In this document: positions 1 to 8,368 of the stretch, piece by piece
How positions within the stretch are numbered: position 1 is the stretch's first letter
Layout of the letters: each line of letters starts with the position of its first letter
Source: a bacterium
GTDB taxonomy: Bacteria; Babelota; Babeliae; Babelales; JABCYS01
Direction of reading: 5' to 3'
DNA length: 30,703 nucleotides
Assembly (NCBI GenBank): GCA_027452085.1
Contig: DAIDHG010000006.1
Span: 1 to 30,703 of the forward strand
Notes under the pieces: generated by a model
What the model was told of the DNA's origin: nothing
The model's input: only the letters and a program-made list of their open reading frames with translations
Databases searched by the model: none
Made by a program: the position numbers and the translations under genes

Positions 1-57
1 AGATATCTTGCATCAATTAAAATCAGCGCGATACAGTATCCATAAGAAAAAAAACGA

Positions 58-1362
58 TTGAGCGAGGCACTGGTGAAGACGATTTCATTTTTTTATTGGC
101 TCAAGATCGTGATGCTATTGATTGGCATTTCATTGATCTTAAATGTCATCAACATATACCGTGTGCCACCACAAAGAGTGGTCAAAGTTGGCGTTTTGCA
201 TTCACGCACCGGCATCACCTCATTTAGTGAAATTCCCATGCTTAATGCCACCTTGCTTGCCATACAGGAAATTAATAAAAATGGTGGTGTATTGGGAAGA
301 CCTATCGAGCCAATTGTAGCTGATGGCAAATCTGATCCAGCAATTTTTGCACGAGAAGCTAAAAAGCTGATTACCCACGACAAAGTTGCCGTTGTTTTTG
401 GCTGCCAGACATCGGCCACCAGAAAAACGGTCGGGCCCATTTTTGAGCAATACAATTCCCTCTTATTTTATCCCGTTGAGTATGAAGGGCTCGAGCAATC
501 ACCAAACATGGTATATACCGGGGCGGTTCCCAATCAACACTCCTTGCCAGCAACGATCTGGGCTATGCAACAATTTGGTCACAAGATGTATCTGATTGGA
601 TCAGATTACGTATATCCGCGGGCTACCAATACCATTTTAAAAGATATTTTGCCGCGCCTTGGGGCCGAAATAGTTGGAGAGGAGTATGTGCCGCTCACCG
701 CAGAACAGATGACCAACTCAATTAAAAAAATTATTGCCGCCAAACCAGATTTTATTTTTAGCACCATTGTTGGCGCTACGTTGATTCCCTTTTTTCAAGA
801 GTTAAAAGCTCAGATGGATGGCAAAGAAATTCCCATCATGTCATCATCAGTTGACGATTCTCTTATTCGCAACGTTGGTATCAAAAACATAGTTGGCAGC
901 TATAACAGCTGGAATTATTACCAATCAATTCAAGGCACCATAAATAAAGATTTTGTAACCAACATGAGAAATTCGTTTGGCAAGCACCAAGTAGTAACTG
1001 ATGCAATGGAGGCAGCATATATCGGCGTTCACCTCTGGGCTGAAGCCGTAAAACGTGGGCGCTCATTCGCCAAAGATGCCGTATTAAAATCATTAAAAGA
1101 AACAGCTTACAAAGCACCTGAAGGCTTTGTAAGCGTGCGCGTGTCAAACCATCATCTCTACAAAACGGTACGTATTGCCAAAATTTCAGAAGCCGGCACC
1201 GGCGCCATTATCTGGCAATCACGCCTGCCAGTAGAGCCCGAACCATATCCAACAAATTTGTTCATTGCGCAGCAGTTAGGAAAAGTTCGTTCAGTTAACG
1301 ATTGGAATAACTATCTAAAAGATCTTTACACGGATTGGGGAAAACAATGGGAAGCGCCATAA
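58..1362 (+). CDS. UrtA/AmiC-family (urea/short-chain amide) periplasmic solute-binding protein with N-terminal membrane anchor
   Basis: 434-aa ORF. Family motifs VKVGVLHSRTG, LAIQEINKNGGVLGRPIEPIVADGKSD, LFYPVEYEGLEQSPN, TGAVPNQ, YLIGSDYVYPR and MEAAYIGVHLWAEAV. Hydrophobic N-terminus. Start uncertain (TTG 58, or a downstream GTG/ATG). Confidence 0.9.
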   Translation: MSEALVKTISFFYWLKIVMLLIGISLILNVINIYRVPPQRVVKVGVLHSRTGITSFSEIPMLNATLLAIQEINKNGGVLGRPIEPIVADGKSDPAIFAREAKKLITHDKVAVVFGCQTSATRKTVGPIFEQYNSLLFYPVEYEGLEQSPNMVYTGAVPNQHSLPATIWAMQQFGHKMYLIGSDYVYPRATNTILKDILPRLGAEIVGEEYVPLTAEQMTNSIKKIIAAKPDFIFSTIVGATLIPFFQELKAQMDGKEIPIMSSSVDDSLIRNVGIKNIVGSYNSWNYYQSIQGTINKDFVTNMRNSFGKHQVVTDAMEAAYIGVHLWAEAVKRGRSFAKDAVLKSLKETAYKAPEGFVSVRVSNHHLYKTVRIAKISEAGTGAIIWQSRLPVEPEPYPTNLFIAQQLGKVRSVNDWNNYLKDLYTDWGKQWEAP

Positions 1363-4361
1363 CTCTATCTCATATAGCAGCGCACTTGCGAAAAAATTGC
1401 TCTGTATTAATTATTTTTATACTCATATCCTGTGCACTCGGTATAGGCTGCTTTGTGGGCAGCTCTTTGTTAAAAAAGCAGTACATGGCGCAATCGCAAC
1501 AGCTGCTCATCACTATTGAAAACCAGGTGGCCAACGAAATTAGCAAGCTGCTCGACGATCATCAGACAGCAGTAAAAAACCTTCTCGAATCGTTTGAGGT
1601 GCGTGAAATATGTGGTCAACTGGCTGGTGTAGAATCATATCAGGGCATTCAACAAGACCTTATCAAAGCATTGCAGAAAAAAGTGCGGAAGCAAGAACTA
1701 CTTGCCGCAGCTTATGACGTATTGTTCGTGACCGATGAGGGGAATATTGCCTTCTCACTCAAGGGCACGGCGGCACAAACTACTATTAGTGATGAGGCCG
1801 TGTATAAACCTATCTACGATCTACTTGATGATGTTGCGGTCTTGTTATCGCCTTCACATGCAGACTATGCATACTTCCCCCAATTTGGCAAAGCGTTGAT
1901 GGTAATGGGAATTCCTGTTTTAAGTTATTCAACTGCTGATCCCAAAAAGCCAACCCCGTTTTGTGGCATGTTTACTTTGCTTATCGATCTCAAAAAAATA
2001 CAAAAAAGTATCGATGAACATTTGTTAAAACTCGGCAAAACAGGAGACATTTTTATCGCACAACGCAAAGGTGATAAAGGCTTAATTCTCTTCAATACCA
2101 ATCACAATCCACAGGCCGCGCTTAAAGAAGAGTTTCCGCTTGCCGCTGATACCAGTATCGCCCGCGCTTTGGCAGGTAAACTGGGCATCAGCCAAGAAAC
2201 GGTTGAGCGACAAGCGCAACTTGAGCTGCGCGATTATATCATGCGTGTTGGATGGACAATTGCAATAGAGCAACATTTAAAATCGGTATTATTCATACCG
2301 AATCTTTTGCATATATTCATGTTAGTGCTTTTAAGCTTCAGTCTATTGATGGTCCTGTTATTGGTTATTGTATCGCTTGAAACCATAGCCACCTTCTTGC
2401 AATGGCAGTACGCTGCCATTGCTTTTCTCATAGCTTCTGCCCTGCTGATTACAACTATTTGGTGGTTATTTGCGGCCATCAAAGAATATCGTATCAATAC
2501 TGGCTTGGTGCAGGTACAGCAAGAAACACAATTTAAAACGAGCGTGCAGCATACTTCGTCCTTAATTTTGGAAGAACTTACCCAAACAGAAGCTATCACC
2601 CATAATGTGATACACGACATACATCTTTCAATCACTGATGCTGCCATCGTTCAACACGTTTTTGATGCCCAACTGGCAAAGACTCATCTGCATGCATTGG
2701 CGCTCATTCGGTCAGATACAAGCCCGATATACGCTGCTCGTGTAGGATATGAGATAAAACATGGAGAGATAAAACAGTTTCCATGGCTTGACCAACTCAC
2801 CAATAAACCATTTTGGTCCGGGCCATACATTCAAAAAGAGTTTGGCAATGATCTGGTTGTTGCTTACGCAGAACCGATATATGACGCGGCAGATGCTAAG
2901 AAACGACATCCTCTTGGCTATTTAGTAGCTGCCCTGAATTATCGATTTATAAAAGACAAAGTGGGCACTCTTGGACCTAAATTAGCACCTCATGCCTGGA
3001 TGTTTAAAAACGATACCGGTCGGCTCACCTATTACCCAGACAAAACATTTGTCGAACAAGGGGTGCTCTTTAACGAGCTCTATCCAAGTCTCAACACAGA
3101 TCTAAAATCTGTCCAAGAAAAGAGCCAACAAGGCTTTTCTGGTTCGATTAATTTTAAAAACAAACAGGATGATGAGCACTATCTAGGTGCCTATGAATCG
3201 ATTCCAGAAGCAGAGTGGACACTGTTTGCGTATGCAAAAGAAAGTGATTTTTCCATTTTCACCCCACAACTGCATGCAATTGCAAAATTAATAGCCATTA
3301 TCCTGGTGCTTTTGGTTACTCTCTCGCTATTTTTAGGCACCCACATGTATCTCTTTAATTTTGATGTATTAAGTAAGTTTTGTCGTATCTACCCCATTAT
3401 TTTAACCTTTGGCTTTCTCTCACTCATTGGCCTCCATTACAAAGAGACGGCAGCAGAACCGTCAACATATATTGAATCTCAGGTTGCCATCGATCAGGTA
3501 AGCCAAGAAATTGAGTTAAGCAGCGGCAAAAAACCAATTCCTATACTGACCGGAATTCAACTACAATTTTTGGATATACAAGGCCCAAATAAAATCGTTT
3601 TTGAGCTTCTGGTGTGGCAAAAGTTTTATGGGAAAACCGACATAATGCCCGGCATAGAGATTGCCAACAGCTCGGAAAAGGTAGAGACTTTTGAGCAACA
3701 TACTGTTATGGAAGATGGCGCCGAAATTAAATCTTGGCGCATGAAAGGGACCGTCTTTCAACTGCATCCGCAATACCGTCAAATGCCATTTGATTCACAG
3801 CGCATAGAGATTCTTATTAAGCCAGCCGACAAAACACATCCTGTTGTGCTCGTGCCTGATATCGACGCGTACAAATCATTAGACCCAAAGCAAAAGCCGG
3901 GGATCGAATCATTCTATTTACCAAACTTTAGCATTCAACAAAGCTACTTTACCTATGAGCGTTTGAATGGTGTTGAAACATTAGATTTTAATTTGATGGT
4001 TCAACGCAATTTAGGATCTGTATTGCTGCAATACTTTTTACCACTCTTGGTGATTTTGATATCACTCTTTATGATGTCGTTGATACCGGTTGAGAAACTC
4101 ACCGCTCGTCTTTCATTTGTTACCGCCTATTCAGGCCTCTTTTTTGGTCTTATTCTGATTCACCAAAATGTGCGAGCTATAACGGTGACTACGCAGCTTT
4201 CATTCTTGGAGATGATCATCATCTATTTATACGCCCTGATCGTATTCTCATACGTCGGCGTGCTGGTATGGTATAGAAGCCAAGACGTGCCATACAAGCG
4301 GGTTTTATTCTGGCCGCTGGTACTCACGTATATTTTATTGGTGTCGATATATTCATTCTAG
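1335..4361 (+). CDS. Multi-pass membrane protein: two dCache-like extracytoplasmic domains fused to a C-terminal pentameric ligand-gated ion channel (Pro-loop/GLIC-ELIC-like) module
   Basis: Hydrophobic helices at about aa 24-44, 324-348, 359-382, 652-674 and 685-701, then four C-terminal helices (about 896-1007). Cache-type motifs YDVLFVTDEGNIAFS...LGKTGDIF and FWSGPY...VVAYAEPIYD...GYLVAAL...IPEAEWTL. Pro-loop motif YRQMPFDSQ (aa 814-822), pre-M1 Arg in MVQRN, M1 Pro in YFLPLL, M4 LFWP. Confidence 0.8.
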   Translation: MGKTMGSAITLSHIAAHLRKNCSVLIIFILISCALGIGCFVGSSLLKKQYMAQSQQLLITIENQVANEISKLLDDHQTAVKNLLESFEVREICGQLAGVESYQGIQQDLIKALQKKVRKQELLAAAYDVLFVTDEGNIAFSLKGTAAQTTISDEAVYKPIYDLLDDVAVLLSPSHADYAYFPQFGKALMVMGIPVLSYSTADPKKPTPFCGMFTLLIDLKKIQKSIDEHLLKLGKTGDIFIAQRKGDKGLILFNTNHNPQAALKEEFPLAADTSIARALAGKLGISQETVERQAQLELRDYIMRVGWTIAIEQHLKSVLFIPNLLHIFMLVLLSFSLLMVLLLVIVSLETIATFLQWQYAAIAFLIASALLITTIWWLFAAIKEYRINTGLVQVQQETQFKTSVQHTSSLILEELTQTEAITHNVIHDIHLSITDAAIVQHVFDAQLAKTHLHALALIRSDTSPIYAARVGYEIKHGEIKQFPWLDQLTNKPFWSGPYIQKEFGNDLVVAYAEPIYDAADAKKRHPLGYLVAALNYRFIKDKVGTLGPKLAPHAWMFKNDTGRLTYYPDKTFVEQGVLFNELYPSLNTDLKSVQEKSQQGFSGSINFKNKQDDEHYLGAYESIPEAEWTLFAYAKESDFSIFTPQLHAIAKLIAIILVLLVTLSLFLGTHMYLFNFDVLSKFCRIYPIILTFGFLSLIGLHYKETAAEPSTYIESQVAIDQVSQEIELSSGKKPIPILTGIQLQFLDIQGPNKIVFELLVWQKFYGKTDIMPGIEIANSSEKVETFEQHTVMEDGAEIKSWRMKGTVFQLHPQYRQMPFDSQRIEILIKPADKTHPVVLVPDIDAYKSLDPKQKPGIESFYLPNFSIQQSYFTYERLNGVETLDFNLMVQRNLGSVLLQYFLPLLVILISLFMMSLIPVEKLTARLSFVTAYSGLFFGLILIHQNVRAITVTTQLSFLEMIIIYLYALIVFSYVGVLVWYRSQDVPYKRVLFWPLVLTYILLVSIYSF

Positions 4362-4392
4362 CACAGAGTGGCGTATATGCAGGAGCCTAAGA

Positions 4393-5130
4393 CTAACTAT
4401 GCTTTTTGGCATACTCTTTTTGGTGCGCTTCAAACTCTTCCCAGGCGTTTGGGCAGCTCTGAATAAGCTTGGTAAGAAAATCTTTCAGATCAGCCATGAA
4501 TTGAACCAGCTGACGGGCAGAGGAAACATGCTTGTGGAAGTAGTCAAATTCGGTGCCCACCTCCTGGCTACCCCAAACTTTCAAGAGGCTATCTTGCTTA
4601 TGGCATGTTTCACACCATTCATCAATAAGCTCAACAACTAAAGCTTTCAGGGTACGAATTTGAATCAAAAAAACATGCGTTTTTACTTCAAAATCTTGGC
4701 GAGCAATATGCAATGTCGTCCCATTAAAAGCAGCGCGTTGCTCGGGGGTCAATGTATCTTCGAGCTTTACCAACTCGCCTAAGGTATAGCTCTTACCTTC
4801 AAATTCATATTTTTTCACCACCGGGCTATTGCGATCAGCGGTTCCCTGTACCATGATTTTCATCTGTTTAATGAGCCACAGCATGTCATGGATCGTTGGC
4901 CCATCGATGCCAATAGAGGCAGAGCCCAACTTTATACCATCAAGCTTGTGAATGACTGGATTCTTAAAGAAAATTTCTTGTTGTTTATTCGCGACTGCTT
5001 GCAAAGATTCAGCAGCAAGGAAGCACAGAGCAATGAGAACTACGATCATAATGGTCCACCAACGTATTGCCTGTAATGCACATACCATCTCGTATCCCTT
5101 ATCAGGCATAGGACGAGCGGCTACTCTCAT
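4393..5130 (-). CDS. Hypothetical protein with N-terminal hydrophobic anchor/signal segment, predicted mostly helical
   Basis: 245-aa ORF, GGTGATG RBS-like element upstream of the ATG, hydrophobic stretch WWTIMIVVLIALCFLAA, 24 nt downstream of the co-oriented 539-aa ORF. No family recognised. Confidence 0.75.
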   Translation of the reverse strand: MRVAARPMPDKGYEMVCALQAIRWWTIMIVVLIALCFLAAESLQAVANKQQEIFFKNPVIHKLDGIKLGSASIGIDGPTIHDMLWLIKQMKIMVQGTADRNSPVVKKYEFEGKSYTLGELVKLEDTLTPEQRAAFNGTTLHIARQDFEVKTHVFLIQIRTLKALVVELIDEWCETCHKQDSLLKVWGSQEVGTEFDYFHKHVSSARQLVQFMADLKDFLTKLIQSCPNAWEEFEAHQKEYAKKHS

Positions 5131-5154
5131 TTACACATCACCCAATGTGGTTCT

Positions 5155-6774
5155 TTACCAACATAGGCCCAAGGATAGAGCAATTGTCCAATCTTTGCCA
5201 ATATTTTTATTGTACACGGTGCCATCACCCTTCAAGCTCACTACCCAATCTGCCGTTGTGGTGCGGTGGGTATACCCCAGACCACCAAGCAGTTTAATTT
5301 GCTGTGATCCGGCGCGGCTGGCATCTCGAACCAACAATAGATAATCGTCGGCTGCTGTCGGTATCGCTATATGCTCTGCTCCTTTGTGCCACCAATCAAC
5401 CCCAAGGAGCGCATCCCAGTGACCCCATTTAAAAAGGAACTCATTGAGAAGCATCACTTCAGAGCCAGGTTTTACATGCACCAGGTAATGGCGCGGAAAA
5501 AGCATTTCTATAATGCGATTGCTCAAGAAGGTGAGGTTTGTGGCAGCAACATCGAGATTTGTGCTCATAAAATCACGGCTATTGAATGCATTTATATCGG
5601 CTGCTTTTGCAATATATCTTTTTTGGGCATGGCTAAAATAATATTGAGCAAATAAACGAGCATGCCATTGCATATAATCATTAAATGATACAAGCGGCTC
5701 AACAAATCCGCCCAACCCCCAATGTTTGCGATCACCCAGATCATCGTCCATAAATATGGCAGAAAATCTATCCAAAAATGCAACGCCCAGCGAACGAATT
5801 TTATCTTTAATTGCTGGAATATTGTTTAACAGTGCACACAAATCTAACTCCGGCTCAGGGCTGCACTCAAATGAAGAACCAACAATACCTCGTTGGAATG
5901 AAGCAGCCGTTGGCGCGGTAAAAAAACCAGCCAGATGGAAGGTGGCATTTTGCCTATCGATAAGTTGATACGCAAGAGTAAAACGAAGATCGCCCAATCC
6001 GTATCTATCTGATACGACGTGGCTACGCGCAAAATCCTCAATCTCGGCTTCGCTCAATGAATCTGATTTCGGGAAAAAGCTTTCAAGCTTTTCTTTATCT
6101 GCTTGGTCTAACCAGATGTTTCGCTCGAGCCAATATAATGGAATGCGAATATCCCCCGTCCAGCGATCACGATTTTCCGTTATTGAAAAAAGTGCGCCAG
6201 CTCGGCGTTGCTGAATAGTAGCTGGCGCTATGAGCGCCGCAACTTCTTGAATACTATGTTTTTCAAGAAAATTAACAATCGAGCCTCCCAGGTAGGTATA
6301 AATAAGATCTTTAATTGCTGGGTTATCGAAAATATTATTGGCAGTATTTTGAATTGCCGCTAGAAGATCTTGATTACAAAAACCTATGCCCCCGCAAATA
6401 TCGGGCAGGCATGGCGCAAACACGCTTCGATTGGTCTGGTTATAAAATATATCAACACCCATATTCCAGCGATTAATTTGTGGCAAAGGTCGCTGCCATA
6501 GTGGCCAATCGAGCACGTTACGAACCGCAAAGGGCGCGGTGCCGACGTACACGTTTTGCTTAAAAATTTCAATCGCACCCGCTTCATCAAGGGCAGGAAC
6601 CACCACTGATGCAAATGGACACTCACCTTCCCGAATTGGATCCGCCCCAATCTCAATCACCGGTAATGAATCATCACTATCATTAAAATCATCAAGAACA
6701 TCGGCCTGCATAACGGAGCCCGATACAACAATGCCAATGAACAAAAATAAATTGCGATATTGCATACGTATCAT
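5155..6774 (-). CDS. Exported hypothetical protein, possible outer-membrane beta-barrel
   Basis: 539-aa ORF with signal peptide (RNLFLFIGIVVSGSVMQA), many short amphipathic aromatic-rich strands and C-terminus DWTIALSLGLCW ending in an aromatic residue. Confidence 0.7.
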   Translation of the reverse strand: MIRMQYRNLFLFIGIVVSGSVMQADVLDDFNDSDDSLPVIEIGADPIREGECPFASVVVPALDEAGAIEIFKQNVYVGTAPFAVRNVLDWPLWQRPLPQINRWNMGVDIFYNQTNRSVFAPCLPDICGGIGFCNQDLLAAIQNTANNIFDNPAIKDLIYTYLGGSIVNFLEKHSIQEVAALIAPATIQQRRAGALFSITENRDRWTGDIRIPLYWLERNIWLDQADKEKLESFFPKSDSLSEAEIEDFARSHVVSDRYGLGDLRFTLAYQLIDRQNATFHLAGFFTAPTAASFQRGIVGSSFECSPEPELDLCALLNNIPAIKDKIRSLGVAFLDRFSAIFMDDDLGDRKHWGLGGFVEPLVSFNDYMQWHARLFAQYYFSHAQKRYIAKAADINAFNSRDFMSTNLDVAATNLTFLSNRIIEMLFPRHYLVHVKPGSEVMLLNEFLFKWGHWDALLGVDWWHKGAEHIAIPTAADDYLLLVRDASRAGSQQIKLLGGLGYTHRTTTADWVVSLKGDGTVYNKNIGKDWTIALSLGLCW

Positions 6775-6917
6775 AGTTAATAAGTTTCAATGTATTTAAG
6801 TCTAACAACCCCTAGACTTATGCTAATAAAACCAAAGAGTATTTGGCTACCTACCTCCAAAAAGGGTCATAACTATACCAGATGAGTCCTTTTTGTCATT
6901 AAATTTAGTTTACTTAC

Positions 6918-6946
6918 TTGCAAATTGCACGGGTCAGCAATAACAT
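6918..6946 (+). promoter_or_regulatory. Putative sigma70-type promoter for the dNK-atp operon
   Basis: TTGCAA-N17-TAACAT in the AT-rich divergent intergenic region, about 45 nt upstream of the ATG at 6991. Confidence 0.3.
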
Positions 6947-6990
6947 ACTCAGACTAAAAATTTAACTCTCTATTCGGGTCATAACAAACT

Positions 6991-7734
6991 ATGATGAATG
7001 CATCAAAATCACGCACTAGCCTCATGATTGAGGGAAATATCGGCGCCGGTAAGTCTACTTTTTTGCGCATCATCGGCGACCATTTAAATGTTCAGCCAGT
7101 ATTTGAACCAGACAAGCAATGGCAGGAAATAGGTGGCGACAATCTGCTCCAAAAATTCTATACCGACACTAGTCGTTGGGCGTACACTTTCCAAACCTAC
7201 GCCTTTGTAAGCCGCGTAGTAGCACAAGAAACATCGGAAAAAAACAGCATTTCCGACATCCCGCATGTCGTAGAACGTTCGGTCTTTGCTGACCGCTACT
7301 GTTTTGCACGCAACTGCTATGAAATGGGTGTCATGTCTGCATTAGAGTGGAATCTGTATAAAGAATGGTTTGGCTGGCTCGTAGAATCGTACACCACAAA
7401 ACCTGCCGGCTTTATTTATTTACAGGTCGCGCCTGAAGTGTGCCACACACGAATCACGAAACGAAGCCGCACTGGTGAAGATGTAATTTCTATGGATTAT
7501 TTGCAGCGGCTTCATGATAAGCATGAAGATTGGTTGATTCGTAATATCGATGTGGCACCATATCTTGCCAATGTTCCTGTGCTTACCCTGGATGTTACCA
7601 AAGAATTTGAGCATGATAGTGCAGAACAACAAAAACATCTTGATACGATTGTTTCATTCTTTGGCCATCTTGGTTTGGCAAGAAAAACCGAGCCAGTATT
7701 GTATACTACACCAGAAAAAGTTGAGCTTATTTAG
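6991..7734 (+). CDS. Deoxynucleoside kinase (dCK/dGK family)
   Basis: P-loop IEGNIGAGKST, EP motif, FY...RWAYTFQ, ERSVFADRYCF, lid RITKRSRTGE and YLQRLHDKHEDW. Confidence 0.93.
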   Translation: MMNASKSRTSLMIEGNIGAGKSTFLRIIGDHLNVQPVFEPDKQWQEIGGDNLLQKFYTDTSRWAYTFQTYAFVSRVVAQETSEKNSISDIPHVVERSVFADRYCFARNCYEMGVMSALEWNLYKEWFGWLVESYTTKPAGFIYLQVAPEVCHTRITKRSRTGEDVISMDYLQRLHDKHEDWLIRNIDVAPYLANVPVLTLDVTKEFEHDSAEQQKHLDTIVSFFGHLGLARKTEPVLYTTPEKVELI

Positions 7735-7743
7735 GAGTTACTG

Positions 7744-7989
7744 ATGGATAGTCCATTAATAGTACAAGCTGCAGCCATGATTGGTGCAGCGTTTACCATG
7801 GGAATCGCAACGATTGGCCCGGCACTTGGGCAAGGGATGATCGGCACCAAAGGCGTTGAGAACATTGGCAAATTTCCCGAGAGCGCTGGTCGCTTGCAAA
7901 CCGCAATGTTTCTTGCAATGGCTTTGGTAGAATCATCGGCCGTGTTTGCATTCCTTATTTCAATTTTGTTGATTTTTAGAAATAGCTAA
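7744..7989 (+). CDS. atpE: F0F1 ATP synthase subunit c
   Basis: 81 aa, two hydrophobic helices, GIATIGPALGQG glycine motif, loop KFPE, conserved carboxylate in ALVESS, RBS AGGAG. Confidence 0.95.
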   Translation: MDSPLIVQAAAMIGAAFTMGIATIGPALGQGMIGTKGVENIGKFPESAGRLQTAMFLAMALVESSAVFAFLISILLIFRNS

Positions 7990-8001
7990 ATAGGCATTGC
8001 C

Positions 8002-8364
8002 ATGTCAATAAATTTGACCTTGCTTATTCAGATATTGCATTTTCTCATCGCCTATTGGTTTATGCGTCGCTTTCTCTTTGCACCAATTGTGGCGCAATTG
8101 CACCATGAAGATGTAGATCGCCAGCGTTTGCAAAACCAGCTTCTTCTCCAGGAGCAGAATGTGCGTGCCGCAGAAGAAACAAATCGCACTGAATGGCATG
8201 AAAGCCAAAAGAAATTGATAACCAATAAGCCGATGCTTGCTTCTCAATCACAATTTGTGCCATCTGTTCCACCGTTGGAGCATATCGAGATTTCACACGA
8301 TAAAAGGGGTGAGTTGATTGGACAGTTAAGCAAGCATATAGTACACAAGGTATCTCAACCATAA
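8002..8364 (+). CDS. atpF: ATP synthase F0 subunit b-like (short b/b')
   Basis: N-terminus MSINLTLLIQILHFLIAYWFMRRFLFAPI is typical of subunit b and is followed by a Q/E-rich helix. Lies between atpE and atpH. Confidence 0.75.
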   Translation: MSINLTLLIQILHFLIAYWFMRRFLFAPIVAQLHHEDVDRQRLQNQLLLQEQNVRAAEETNRTEWHESQKKLITNKPMLASQSQFVPSVPPLEHIEISHDKRGELIGQLSKHIVHKVSQP

Positions 8365-8368
8365 AGCA

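Noticed and set aside
58..1362. Calling this gene urtA of a urea ABC transporter
   Set aside because: No urtBCDE or urease follows it and the ligand cannot be determined from sequence, so the symbol is withheld.
1335..4361. Histidine kinase, chemoreceptor or diguanylate cyclase reading of the Cache protein
   Set aside because: No HAMP, HisKA, MCP, GGDEF or other cytoplasmic output domain; the protein ends in four TM helices.
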